Virus record (IMG/VR): IMGVR_UViG_3300036832_000974
Location: 1 to 64,000 of that record
Source of the DNA: a virus
Length of the DNA: 64,000 nucleotides
Reading direction: 5' to 3' (one strand)
Positions 1 through 8,474 of this stretch are shown here, one piece after another. Made by a program: the position numbers and the translations under genes. Each line of letters opens with the position of its first letter. Position 1 is the stretch's first letter. The notes beneath the pieces were generated by a model. The model was not told where the DNA came from. It did no database searches and saw only the letters and a program-made list of their open reading frames with translations.

Positions 1-126
1 CGACGCGACGACGGCCAGTTGATCGGGTGGTACGACAACATATGGGACGCTACCGAGGCGGCGGATCGGCTCAACTCATTTGATCCACCCCCACACGCGG
101 ATACGGACATGGGAGGGAGAGAGTGA
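1..126 (+). CDS. Hypothetical protein, 5'-truncated by window edge
   Basis: Frame 1 is open from the edge (RRDDGQLIGWYDNIW...PPPHADTDMGGRE*); its TGA overlaps the GTG of the next gene. Confidence 0.6.
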   Translation, partial: RRDDGQLIGWYDNIWDATEAADRLNSFDPPPHADTDMGGRE

Positions 127-370
127 GCGCACTACCGAGTTGCATGATCGGGCCGTCCGAGCCCTGCGAGATGTTCCAGGAACAGATAGCCACCATCTCC
201 CAGCAGATCGCCGAGATCGAACGCCTCCGGGCGCGGGAGAAGGTGCTCGTAGAGGCGCTGGGCCGCATTCGAGAGAATACGTCAGACGATTGCGCCGCCA
301 ATGCAGCCCGCGCCGCCCTCGCCTCCGTTCAGGGAGAGTCGACCCCGCAAGCGGATACGGACATGGGAGG
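97..370 (+). repeat. Perfect 20-bp direct repeat GCGGATACGGACATGGGAGG at 97-116 and 351-370
   Basis: Read directly; each copy lies at a gene 3' end and carries the RBS of the next gene. Confidence 0.9.
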
Positions 371-374
371 ATGA
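123..374 (+). CDS. Hypothetical coiled-coil protein
   Basis: GTGA overlap with upstream stop, GGAGG RBS, heptad-like QEQIATISQQIAEIERLRAR. Confidence 0.65.
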   Translation: MSALPSCMIGPSEPCEMFQEQIATISQQIAEIERLRAREKVLVEALGRIRENTSDDCAANAARAALASVQGESTPQADTDMGG

Positions 375-378
375 AGTG

Positions 379-558
379 ATGAGATACAGCGATTGGGAAC
401 AGCGGAAGATGGACGCCGATTACGGCTTGCGACTTGACAGCCTTGCGAGCAAACAGCCCTGCAAAGACAAGTCCGCAGAATGCGGACCACGCGGGGAGTG
501 CCTGCGTTGTGGTGCGGACCAAGGTGAGGTTTGCCGCATTCCACCCCCGCACGACTGA
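379..558 (+). CDS. Small Cys-rich hypothetical protein
   Basis: ATG after GGAGG; C-x5-C-x5-CxxC-x7-C pattern. Confidence 0.6.
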   Translation: MRYSDWEQRKMDADYGLRLDSLASKQPCKDKSAECGPRGECLRCGADQGEVCRIPPPHD

Positions 559-562
559 TTCT

Positions 563-603
563 CGGGGCGGTCTCCGAACGGTTGCCGTCTCGGGACCGCC
601 CCG
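563..603. terminator. GC-rich hairpin between convergent gene blocks
   Basis: CGGGGCGGTC (563-572)/GACCGCCCCG (594-603) plus inner stem; no clear U tract. Confidence 0.45.
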
Positions 604-850
604 CCTGCGCGCGGCGGCGTCGTCCGGACTAGCCACGTCAGGGAACCTTTAAGGGGTGCCTTCGCCACGCTCGCCAGGACGTCGCTGGGAGGTTTTTCCG
701 GATTAGGGCAGGAAGGTAGCCCCCCCGGCACCAAAACAGCGCTACGGGTGCCCGTAGGGGTGGCACAGAGGCATATTTTCAGGGAACTTGACGCACTCCT
801 CCAAACCTCGGGCGCGTACGCGCGAAGGGAACCACCATTCCGTGGAACCG

Positions 851-1282
851 TCAAGGCGTATCGCCACGCTTTTTGGCGTGCTCGGCAAGATAATCATAGC
901 TCGCAGCAATTCGTTCCATGGTCTCCCGCGCCATTCTTGCGGTCATGTGCTCGGCCAGCGCCTTGGCTTCCTCGGCCTTGGCGCGCCAGAAATGCTCATC
1001 ACGATCGAGCAGCACCGGACCGCGGCCTAAACGCCGTGCCGTCGGCGTCCTGTCATCCTGCGGCGGACGGAACACGAAGTCCCAGAACTCGTTGATGCCA
1101 CCGACCTCGCCGCTTTCGTTGGCGATCTGCACCGCCAGATCGAGCTGCTCGCACGCCGTCTTGTAATCGGGGAAAGGCCGGCCAGCCGCCGCCGCCGCGC
1201 GGCGGCGCTCGCGGTACTTCAGATTAAAGTCCGATTTATTCCCGTTCCACGCCTTCGGCGACAACCCGCGCGTCGTCGGCAT
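851..1282 (-). CDS. Hypothetical protein with C-terminal Rhizobiales-type small helical domain
   Basis: C-terminus HFWRAKAEEAKALAEHM...MERIAASYDYLAEHA resembles a common Rhizobiales small-protein motif. Confidence 0.6.
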   Translation of the reverse strand: MPTTRGLSPKAWNGNKSDFNLKYRERRRAAAAAGRPFPDYKTACEQLDLAVQIANESGEVGGINEFWDFVFRPPQDDRTPTARRLGRGPVLLDRDEHFWRAKAEEAKALAEHMTARMARETMERIAASYDYLAEHAKKRGDTP

Positions 1283-1314
1283 TCCAATTCGCCCCGCTTA
1301 AGGTCCATGCCAAT

Positions 1315-1863
1315 CTAAAACACCGGCAGCTCTTCCCGCCGCAAGCCCTCGGCAATGAGATCTAGCCCACGCTGATTGCGATGACGTAGCAGATTCGTCG
1401 AGCACTTTGGCTTGGACTTACGTGCAATGCGATCGAGATCAAAGCCACGCGACCTGAAATACGCAACCTCATTGACGACGACACATAACAACCGCTCAAG
1501 GCCAAGGAAATGCCCTGGCCACGCCAGCGCGATTTCCATGCGGTGAATGTCCTCGGCGCTAGCCGCCAGCCGCACCCGGTTGCGCGCGCCCTGGACGTCG
1601 GCAACGATATCGCTGTCGGCGCCGATCAGCGCCGCGTAGTACTCACGAACGTCGTACTGGTACAACGGCCAGATCGTCTTGTGGCCACCCGGCGACGGCG
1701 TCGGCATCCGCGCCAGGGTACGGAACGCCTCGACCAGCCGCTGGCCGACATGCCAGCCGTACCACACCAGCGGGACGTACTCAGGCGCCTCAGCGGTATC
1801 GAGCGGTGACCAATCCGGATCAAGGATCTCGCCAATCAGTGACGACCTCAGCAACCTGCCCAT
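1315..1863 (-). CDS. DUF6362-like putative late-transcription regulator
   Basis: W...VGQRLVEAFRTLARMP...WP and C-terminal helical HTH-like segment; lies at the end of the replication operon. Confidence 0.55.
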   Translation of the reverse strand: MGRLLRSSLIGEILDPDWSPLDTAEAPEYVPLVWYGWHVGQRLVEAFRTLARMPTPSPGGHKTIWPLYQYDVREYYAALIGADSDIVADVQGARNRVRLAASAEDIHRMEIALAWPGHFLGLERLLCVVVNEVAYFRSRGFDLDRIARKSKPKCSTNLLRHRNQRGLDLIAEGLRREELPVF

Positions 1864-1865
1864 GG

Positions 1866-1994
1866 TCACAGCCCTCCGAAAACTTCGAGCACAGCAATCG
1901 CCATCCGGTCCGGCACAATCCAAATGGCGATCTGAACCACGATCAGAACAACGGCAACGGCGAGAAAGGCGAAGCTCTTCGACCTCTCCGACAT
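1866..1994 (-). CDS. Small membrane protein
   Basis: MSERSKSFAFLAVAVVLIVVQIAIWIV hydrophobic segment; coupled to upstream stop. Confidence 0.55.
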   Translation of the reverse strand: MSERSKSFAFLAVAVVLIVVQIAIWIVPDRMAIAVLEVFGGL

Positions 1995-2179
1995 CACAGC
2001 TCTCCCTTGCTCGCCATGTCCTCTTCCATGGCTGACGTAAGATGGCGGACGAGGCCGAACCCAATCTGCTCGGCACGTCTCTCCATCAAATCCTGCGACC
2101 TGATGCGCCACTTGGCGATCAGCTCATCCGTGACTCTCGGATCAAGCGATCGCGTCGCAATGATTTCCTGATAGGTCAC
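1994..2179 (-). CDS. Hypothetical protein
   Basis: GTG start overlapping upstream TGA; fills the operon. Confidence 0.5.
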   Translation of the reverse strand: MTYQEIIATRSLDPRVTDELIAKWRIRSQDLMERRAEQIGFGLVRHLTSAMEEDMASKGEL

Positions 2180-2394
2180 GATGACCGCACCGCCCTGGTG
2201 TAGGGCCGCTTCGGCCGATTGGGATCGGGCGGCCGCTTCGGCAACAGCTTGCGGCGCAGGTGGTGGTACTCGCCGCAGCACTGCGACGAGCAGAACGTCG
2301 CCCGAGCAGGCCGATTGATCATCTCACCGCTGCACTGCGGGCACACCCGCACAGAGCGGCCGTCGGAACGAATGAGATATGCGGACTCGATCAT
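2176..2394 (-). CDS. Small zinc-finger protein
   Basis: CPQC...FCSSQC motif, basic tail. Confidence 0.6.
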   Translation of the reverse strand: MIESAYLIRSDGRSVRVCPQCSGEMINRPARATFCSSQCCGEYHHLRRKLLPKRPPDPNRPKRPYTRAVRSS

Positions 2395-2402
2395 GCTTCA
2401 CC

Positions 2403-2897
2403 TCAGAACGGGATATCGTCGTTCATGTCATCTTTGAGCGGCGGCCGCTCGTCGCTGCGGTGTGAGCCGTAGCCGCCATTAGCGCTGCGATCGACCTGCT
2501 TCGGCGGCCGCTCGTCGTCGTGGCCGTAGTCACCGCGCTGACCACCGTCTCGGCTGTCGAGCATGATCAGCTGGCTCTTGAACTGCCGCAGCACCACGTC
2601 AGACGAGATGCGATCCTTGCCGTCGCGATCCTGCCACTTGCGATATTCGAGCTGCCCCTCGACATAGACCCGCCGACCCTTGCGCAAATACTGCTCGGCG
2701 ATCTTGACCAGCTGCTCGGGCCAAACCGTGATGTTGTGCCACTGGGTGCGCTCGCGCTTCTCGTTGGTGCCCTTGTCGGTCCATACCTCTGACGTCGCGA
2801 TCGAGAAGTTCGCCACCGCACTGCCATCAGCCGTGCGACGGATCTCGGGATCCTTGCCAAGATTTCCGATCAGGCAAACTCGATTGAGAGTCATCAT
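2403..2897 (-). CDS. ssb: Single-stranded DNA-binding protein
   Basis: LNRVCLIGNLGKDPEIR, QWHNI, YLRKGRRVYVEGQL, acidic DDIPF tail. Confidence 0.97.
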   Translation of the reverse strand: MMTLNRVCLIGNLGKDPEIRRTADGSAVANFSIATSEVWTDKGTNEKRERTQWHNITVWPEQLVKIAEQYLRKGRRVYVEGQLEYRKWQDRDGKDRISSDVVLRQFKSQLIMLDSRDGGQRGDYGHDDERPPKQVDRSANGGYGSHRSDERPPLKDDMNDDIPF

Positions 2898-3217
2898 TGG
2901 GGAGTCCCTTCTTCTTGTAGCGGCGCTAGCGCCGCCTTCTCAGCTTCCAGAATCGCAATCCGCTCGCGCATCCTGGCGATCTCTGCCTTGATCATCGGCG
3001 ACGCCTTCGCCAGCATGGCGTCCATCTGCGCGAACAGCGTCTTGGCAATGCGCTCGTAATGCTCCAGCGGCATCGACAGCTGCTCCAGCAGCTCGATCTC
3101 GCAGTAGATGTCGCCCGCATGATCAGCCAGCCACTTGGCATCATCCCAGCGCATCACGCCGTTCGCTTGCCCGGTCGACTTCACGATCAGCCGCAGCCGG
3201 TCGATGTGCTTACCCAT
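2894..3217 (-). CDS. Hypothetical protein
   Basis: ORF track; coupled to ssb; coiled-coil C-terminus. Confidence 0.65.
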   Translation of the reverse strand: MGKHIDRLRLIVKSTGQANGVMRWDDAKWLADHAGDIYCEIELLEQLSMPLEHYERIAKTLFAQMDAMLAKASPMIKAEIARMRERIAILEAEKAALAPLQEEGTPQ

Positions 3218-3262
3218 TGTTCGCCCCGCATGAACGCGTGGTGCGGCGAAACCTCATGCCAC

Positions 3263-3727
3263 TCACCAACCTGCTTGACCAAGCCGGACAACGAGACGGC
3301 CGACGCGAACCGTTTCCTCCCCCTTCTGAATCAGGTACTCACCGGCTTCGACGCACTCATCGTGCGAAATCTCGTCAGGCAACAAGTCGACAAATTCGTT
3401 GCGAGATGGAACGAAGACCCTCGTGCGATCGATGTCCTTGATTATTTCGCGCTTGTCTTCAGGCCAAAGCGCCAATTGATCGGGACCGGGACGATCCTCG
3501 TAGACACCCTCTTCGATGGCCTTGAGATATTTCCTGATCTCCACATCGAGACCACCGGACAAGAGCCTGCGTTTTATTTCAATGTCGTTATCGATTCTTC
3601 GATAGAAACGACCTCGCAACATGGCGTGCCTGACGTGAGGCGCGGAATTGGGATGATCACTGGCTTTTCTGGCTTCGGTGATCATCGCATGCAGTGCATT
3701 AAGCAGCCGAGTCTTTGGTGTTGCCAT
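3263..3727 (-). CDS. Hypothetical protein
   Basis: ATG at 3727 after GGAGA; overlaps end of upstream gene. Confidence 0.65.
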   Translation of the reverse strand: MATPKTRLLNALHAMITEARKASDHPNSAPHVRHAMLRGRFYRRIDNDIEIKRRLLSGGLDVEIRKYLKAIEEGVYEDRPGPDQLALWPEDKREIIKDIDRTRVFVPSRNEFVDLLPDEISHDECVEAGEYLIQKGEETVRVGRLVVRLGQAGW

Positions 3728-4355
3728 TTGATCTCTCCAAACAGGACTGCCACGATTTGAGATTCCTGATCGCATTCGCACATTCTTCGATCAGCTGCTC
3801 AGCTGGATAAGGGCCGCGGGTTGCCAGCACTTCGAGACCGCAAGCTGGCAATGCAGCAAGATGCGCCACTGCATGAGCCCAATCGAGATACTCGTTGCGA
3901 TGTGGTTCCGGTTCGACCTTGCGTTTGCGCGTGCCTTCGTCAGCAAGCTCTTTGACACTCGCTGGCCGCGGCCGCTCGACCATGGACTCGAATGTGTCTT
4001 CCGGAACGCTAGCAACGCGCAACATCGTCCTGGCTTGCGCTGGCGTCAGATCAGCGGAAGCGGCCATTTCGCTGCGAGAACTGAATTGCACCTTGGTGCC
4101 TTTCAGCTCTTTCGGACTTGTACCCCGCTTATTTGGATTCGCTTTCTTCACCTGCGCCAGCAGCTCGCCACCGCGCCGGATCGCGCGATCGAGAATGCGC
4201 TGCGCCATGTGGATCATTTCCTGATCCTTCATCTGCCGCCCATAGCTCGCCAGCGCCGAGGCTTGGCTTTTCCATTTCACACACTCGTCGACGCGCACGC
4301 ATTGCGCCAATGCGCGCTTGGCGCTCACGTAATTTGTCGGAAGCTTTGCTTTCAT
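3699..4355 (-). CDS. Putative DNA-binding protein sharing its N-terminal domain with the MT-A70 gene
   Basis: KLPTNYVSAKRALAQCVRVDE...RAIRRGGELL aligns with KLPARYSAARKAMANLVRVDE...RATRRIGELM; HTH-like RSEMAASADLTPAQARTMLRVA. Confidence 0.7.
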   Translation of the reverse strand: MKAKLPTNYVSAKRALAQCVRVDECVKWKSQASALASYGRQMKDQEMIHMAQRILDRAIRRGGELLAQVKKANPNKRGTSPKELKGTKVQFSSRSEMAASADLTPAQARTMLRVASVPEDTFESMVERPRPASVKELADEGTRKRKVEPEPHRNEYLDWAHAVAHLAALPACGLEVLATRGPYPAEQLIEECANAIRNLKSWQSCLERSNGNTKDSAA

Positions 4356-4549
4356 GCGTCCGGCCCCTCGACCCAGTGCACCTTGCCGCATTGCGTGCAG
4401 CGATACTGCAGATCGACGTAGCCGCCGCAGTGCGATTCCCAGTACCGATACATCATCCGCGCCGCGCCGCACTTCTGGCAGATCGCGCCAGCGCTCAACG
4501 TCCAGCCGCCGAACGTGCCTTCGCTGTCTTTCATCTCGCGGGTGTGCAT
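4352..4549 (-). CDS. Zinc-ribbon protein
   Basis: CQKC...CTQC; ATGA coupling to next gene. Confidence 0.65.
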   Translation of the reverse strand: MHTREMKDSEGTFGGWTLSAGAICQKCGAARMMYRYWESHCGGYVDLQYRCTQCGKVHWVEGPDA

Positions 4550-4711
4550 CACGACACCATTGCCAGCTTGATGTGCTTGCCCATTGCTCGCCCCGCATAA
4601 AGAGCCGGGCGCCCCAATCCCGGAGGCGCCCAGCTGTGGCATCTGATTCTCGTGTCGCCCAGCTGGGCGATACTGGATCGTCTCGGGCCATCTCCCTGTG
4701 TGCGAACTGGA

Positions 4712-4945
4712 CTAGCCCAGCTCGATCGGCGCCTCAGCGCGGATAGCGAATTCCTTGATCTGCTCGCGATGATCCTTGAGCCAGCGCAGCGTGCCCAGCA
4801 CCGCACGCATGCGGCTCTCGTGAAGATCCAGCTCGCCGCGCCGATATCCACTCTTCGCGGCCAGCCGCGGATACACCACGCGACGCTGCGCTAGCTCGTA
4901 TTCCACTTCCGAAATCTGCGCGTCGATGGTGCACCTGTCGCTCAT
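4712..4945 (-). CDS. Conserved phage hypothetical protein
   Basis: TIDAQISEVEYELAQRRVVYPRL pattern typical of a common phage family. Confidence 0.7.
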   Translation of the reverse strand: MSDRCTIDAQISEVEYELAQRRVVYPRLAAKSGYRRGELDLHESRMRAVLGTLRWLKDHREQIKEFAIRAEAPIELG

Positions 4946-5070
4946 CGCCCATGATCCCACATGCTACGGCGGCGACGACGGCGACGATCCTTGCGCACCG
5001 ACATCACACCGCCGACGATCGACACCGCCAGCAACAACACTGCCAAAAGCAGGGCGGCATCCTCGATCAC
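4942..5070 (-). CDS. Small membrane protein (not in ORF track)
   Basis: GTG at 5070; IEDAALLLAVLLLAVSIVGGVMSVRKDRRRRRR; overlaps both neighbours by 4 nt. Confidence 0.55.
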   Translation of the reverse strand: MIEDAALLLAVLLLAVSIVGGVMSVRKDRRRRRRRSMWDHGR

Positions 5071-5294
5071 ATCCACACCTCGATGATCTTTGGGTCGTCA
5101 TTCGGGTGGCGCATCATCCGCACCAGCCCTCGCGGCAGCAGCTTGCGAATCTCATCGAGCGTGTCGGCGGTGAACATGTCGTCGGACTGAATGACCACGC
5201 CCGCACCAATCACCTGTTTGCGCGCGACGAAATCACCAGGGTAGTCGCTGGGGTATTGATAGATCGTCCACATCTCCAGCTTGTCGTTATGCAT
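5067..5294 (-). CDS. Conserved phage hypothetical protein
   Basis: WTIY..PSDYP..FVAR...TLDEIR..LP.GL...DDP.IIEVW pattern. Confidence 0.7.
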   Translation of the reverse strand: MHNDKLEMWTIYQYPSDYPGDFVARKQVIGAGVVIQSDDMFTADTLDEIRKLLPRGLVRMMRHPNDDPKIIEVWM

Positions 5295-5511
5295 ACTCGG
5301 CCCTCACGATCCGGATCGCGACCTTCGCCGCGCTCACCATCGTCGAGCACGCCGGCATGTCCGCACGCTGGCCGCAGGCACACACCGGCACGCCGTACAC
5401 CGCCATGCAGATCTCCGTCGCCAGCCGCCGCGTCAGCGGATCCGCAGCAAAGTCCGCGCCCTCCACATGCGCGGCACGCCGACGTAGCTTCCGCGGCTTA
5501 GCCGTCGTCAC
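5287..5511 (-). CDS. Hypothetical protein
   Basis: GTG coupled to upstream stop; Cys cluster. Confidence 0.5.
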   Translation of the reverse strand: MTTAKPRKLRRRAAHVEGADFAADPLTRRLATEICMAVYGVPVCACGQRADMPACSTMVSAAKVAIRIVRAEYA

Positions 5512-6056
5512 GCGCGCACCCGGATATCGGGAAACCGCGTGCGCCACGCCCCCATCAGCGCACTACGCACCGCAAACGACGATACCGAGATCGGCGACGC
5601 CGCATAGAGCAGCTGCAGCGACCCGGGCGCGTCGATCAGCACCACGCCGCGCCGATCGTCCTGCAGCCATTCCAGCGGCGTGTCGTGAACGCGAAGCGAC
5701 TCGCCAACATGCGGCGCCAGCACGTTCTCTTCGCCGAGCATCGTCACCCGACCAAGCCACAACCCAAGCTGCTTGGTCGACGGCTTCCACGCAGCAAGAT
5801 CCGCCACCACGCGATCCTCGTCGAGGCACACGAAGATCAGCGCGGAATGCGTGCCGGTTGGATCGAACTCAAAGTGCGGGCCGCTGAACAACACAGCTCC
5901 CGCCATCACCTGAAATAGCTTGCGCTCCGAATTAAACTTGAGCAGCTCCGGCGCTACCCCGAGCTTGGTGATCTCGGCTTCGCGCAGCGCGCGGCAATGG
6001 CGCCCATACGCCGCGATGACATCGTTGAGCATGACATGATCGACGACGCTATCCAT
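5508..6056 (-). CDS. Conserved alphaproteobacterial phage protein, possibly primase-associated
   Basis: DLAAW.P....LWLGR...LGEE...LRVHDTPLEWL...RRGVVL; directly downstream of helicase. Confidence 0.6.
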   Translation of the reverse strand: MDSVVDHVMLNDVIAAYGRHCRALREAEITKLGVAPELLKFNSERKLFQVMAGAVLFSGPHFEFDPTGTHSALIFVCLDEDRVVADLAAWKPSTKQLGLWLGRVTMLGEENVLAPHVGESLRVHDTPLEWLQDDRRGVVLIDAPGSLQLLYAASPISVSSFAVRSALMGAWRTRFPDIRVRA

Positions 6057-7716
6057 GGCGCTCGCACTCCTTCTGCCGCGCGTACGCAATGTTGCGGCTC
6101 TTCACGAACGCATAGACCTCGGTGGTGATGAAATCGGACGGGCCAACGTGGTGAAGCAGATTCGGCCACACCCCAAACTTGGCCTTGTAGGTGTGCGCCT
6201 CCCAGCCCCTGCTCTTGTTGTAGTCGATCTGATAGCGCAGCAGCTGCGCATAGAACTCGGCCTTCTCGCGCATCGTGTAGACACGCGGCCCGCCCTTGTT
6301 GCCCATCGTGATCTTGCCGCGCTCGACCTCGACCAGCTCGCCGTCGGACTCAATGATCGGCGACAGCACCTTGAACTCATGGCCGCAGTGCGGGCAGCAC
6401 TGGCACTTCTTCTCGATCAGCATCGCGCACTTGCTGCACGTCTTCGGTAGCGGCTTCTTGTTGTCCTGCCGCTTGCGTTTGCGATCGCCGTCATCAAGCT
6501 CGTCGTACTCGATGTCGGTCACAAACCCGAGCCGCGAGGTCGTGTCCGAGTGGTCGAGGATGATCGCGTACGGCTTGCCAGCTGCAGTGCGTAGCGCGCG
6601 ACCAATGATCTGCTTGTAAAGCATCTCCGATCGCGTCGGTCGCGCCAGGATCAAACACCGCACATCCCAATCGGTGCCGGTCGTCAACGTACCGACATTG
6701 CACACCACCTCGATCTCGCCGGAATGAAACTTCTCACGGATCTCACGCCGCCCTTCCAACCACTCGATCGAGCCGCCCCTCGCTTTCACCTTCTCGGCGT
6801 CCTTGGTTAACATGCCGGTGCTGGCATCCTGATAGGCCGCTCGAACGCCAGCCTCCCTGAAACGAGCTGCCAACGTCTGTGCATGCGCACAGTCGACACC
6901 AAACACCAGCGTTTTGCCCTTGCCCCAGCGCTTCTTGTAGGTGTCGATGATGTCGGCGGTCAGCGTGCCTTGCTGCATCCGTTTCGCCGTCTCGCCCTCG
7001 TCGAAATCACCACGCACGATCTTGACGCCTGTCATGTCGGGATGCCCGGTTGCAAACGTGCGGAACGGGCACAGAATGCCAGCGTCGATCATCTCCTGCG
7101 TCGTGCCAGTGCGAATCAACGTCTCGAACACACGGAACGGCTGAAACGCAACGTCGTCGTGCTTGCGCTTCCAATCGTCAAGAAAATCTTGCGGATACTC
7201 CTCAAGCGGACCGCCGAGACCCTTGGTGTATGGCGTCGCCGACAAGCCAATGAACAACCGACCGCGATCGACCACCGCGTAGTTCTCGTCGCGCTTCGGA
7301 CCGTACAGCTTGAGCAAATGCCGATGCGCCTTGTGCAGCACATGGCATTCGTCGATCACGAACACGTCGGCATCGGGAAATGTTTGGCGCTTCGCCGCGG
7401 TCTGAATCGACACGATCTGCACCGGCTTCGACCAATCGGTGAGCTGGTGATTTTGCTGAACCACTCCGATGTCGGTGAAGCCCTCGTTCGCAAACGCCTC
7501 CACGGTCTGGTCGATCAGCGACAGGTTCGACACCACGAACGCGACCCGCTTCCACACCCCCTTCGATAGCGCCGCATCGAAAATCCCGGCAGCCAAGTGC
7601 GTCTTGCCGCTGCCGGTCGGGCCCGAAATCACCATGCGGCGAATGCCCGAGCGGTACGACTCCCGCATCGCGTCCAAGGCGATCGCGTTGTGGCTCCAGA
7701 GGGTCCGCGTTAGCAT
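6049..7716 (-). CDS. SF2 DExH helicase (RadD/UvsW-like) with C-terminal zinc finger
   Basis: GPTGSGKT, DECH, LSATP, TGTDW, QIIGRALR, CSKC/CPHC. Confidence 0.93.
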   Translation of the reverse strand: MLTRTLWSHNAIALDAMRESYRSGIRRMVISGPTGSGKTHLAAGIFDAALSKGVWKRVAFVVSNLSLIDQTVEAFANEGFTDIGVVQQNHQLTDWSKPVQIVSIQTAAKRQTFPDADVFVIDECHVLHKAHRHLLKLYGPKRDENYAVVDRGRLFIGLSATPYTKGLGGPLEEYPQDFLDDWKRKHDDVAFQPFRVFETLIRTGTTQEMIDAGILCPFRTFATGHPDMTGVKIVRGDFDEGETAKRMQQGTLTADIIDTYKKRWGKGKTLVFGVDCAHAQTLAARFREAGVRAAYQDASTGMLTKDAEKVKARGGSIEWLEGRREIREKFHSGEIEVVCNVGTLTTGTDWDVRCLILARPTRSEMLYKQIIGRALRTAAGKPYAIILDHSDTTSRLGFVTDIEYDELDDGDRKRKRQDNKKPLPKTCSKCAMLIEKKCQCCPHCGHEFKVLSPIIESDGELVEVERGKITMGNKGGPRVYTMREKAEFYAQLLRYQIDYNKSRGWEAHTYKAKFGVWPNLLHHVGPSDFITTEVYAFVKSRNIAYARQKECERHG

Positions 7717-7943
7717 GACGCCCACCCCCGGTTCGTTCTGCTTCGACGCTGGTGCGACAACTCGCCGCGGCCGCCCCTGCCTCTTGAACAAGCATCCCTA
7801 TAGGTAATGGAGAACTTACTTACTTTTCTTACTTCTCTTGAAAGCCTCTTAATTTCTAAACATTGCACCTCTGAGAACACGTAACTGCGCGCACGCGCCC
7901 GCACGCGCGAATCCTCCTTTACTCCATGACAATGCAATGGCAT
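7710..7943 (-). CDS. Short ORF resembling a replication-initiator linker fragment; AT-rich, possible origin
   Basis: GGGAGG RBS, RVRARAR motif, AT-rich 7800-7865 with CTTA repeats. Confidence 0.35.
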   Translation of the reverse strand: MPLHCHGVKEDSRVRARARSYVFSEVQCLEIKRLSREVRKVSKFSITYRDACSRGRGGRGELSHQRRSRTNRGWASC

Positions 7944-7983
7944 AAAGCCTCCCGTTCCTAGCGTTTTGGTGAGACAAACGATT

Positions 7984-8010
7984 GGGGCGGCCGCTTAAGT
8001 CGGCCGCCCC
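7984..8010. terminator. Perfect 10-bp GC hairpin
   Basis: GGGGCGGCCG-CTTAAGT-CGGCCGCCCC followed by TTAT on the plus strand. Confidence 0.5.
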
Positions 8011-8293
8011 TTATCGTTTGCTATCGTGCGTTACGTGCCTGCGATGGCGTCTCCGTGGTGATCTCGAAACGGCCGCGGCCGCGCGGTGTCATCGATCCGC
8101 AGCGTTGCTCGGCTATGGTGGGATTTGTCCGCGATGGTCCCTGCGCCTGTTGCGCGGGAACCTTCGGAAGAGTATCTAGATTCTTACGCATGGTCGTCCG
8201 CTTCCACGGGTGATCATGAAGTCGACGATCTCGGGGGCTCAAACCCTTGATCACCGGCGGACGGGCCAAGCCCATCCTTGGCGCCGAATGGAC

Positions 8294-8380
8294 GGTCAGG
8301 GTCCGAAAACTATCTGACCGTTCGACGGTTTTCCCGTCTCAGACCCTGTCATCTCCTTCGGGGATGGCAGGGTCTTTCGA
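8294..8380. ncRNA. Candidate structured RNA or attenuator (three consecutive hairpins)
   Basis: GGTCAG/CTGACC, GACGG/CCGTC and a 15-bp stem 8341-8375 followed by T residues on the plus strand. Confidence 0.4.
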
Positions 8381-8391
8381 TTCGGCGGCTG

Positions 8392-8429
8392 CGACACTAA
8401 GCCCAGATCAGTGTCGTAATCAAGTGTCG
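8392..8429 (-). promoter_or_regulatory. Putative leftward promoter overlapped by three CGACACT boxes
   Basis: Minus-strand TTGATT-N18-TAGTGT; CGACACT at 8392-8398, AGTGTCG at 8410-8416 and 8423-8429. Confidence 0.45.
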
Positions 8430-8474
8430 CCGATCAAACACAAAGGGACGGATTGTGGCGCCCATTGCGTTTGC

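Larger units (their letters stand above)
3203..4598. repeat. 29-bp direct repeat (27/29 identical) at 3203-3231 and 4570-4598 flanking a three-gene cassette
   Basis: GATGTGCTTACCCATTGTTCGCCCCGCAT vs GATGTGCTTGCCCATTGCTCGCCCCGCAT. Confidence 0.85.

Noticed and set aside
4356-4691. N-terminal extension of ORF 3699-4691
   Set aside because: Overlaps a better-supported Zn-ribbon gene; homology to the MT-A70 N-terminus begins at the ATG at 4355
8370-8400. TTCGATTC resembling a tRNA T-loop
   Set aside because: No acceptor, D or anticodon arms can be folded around it
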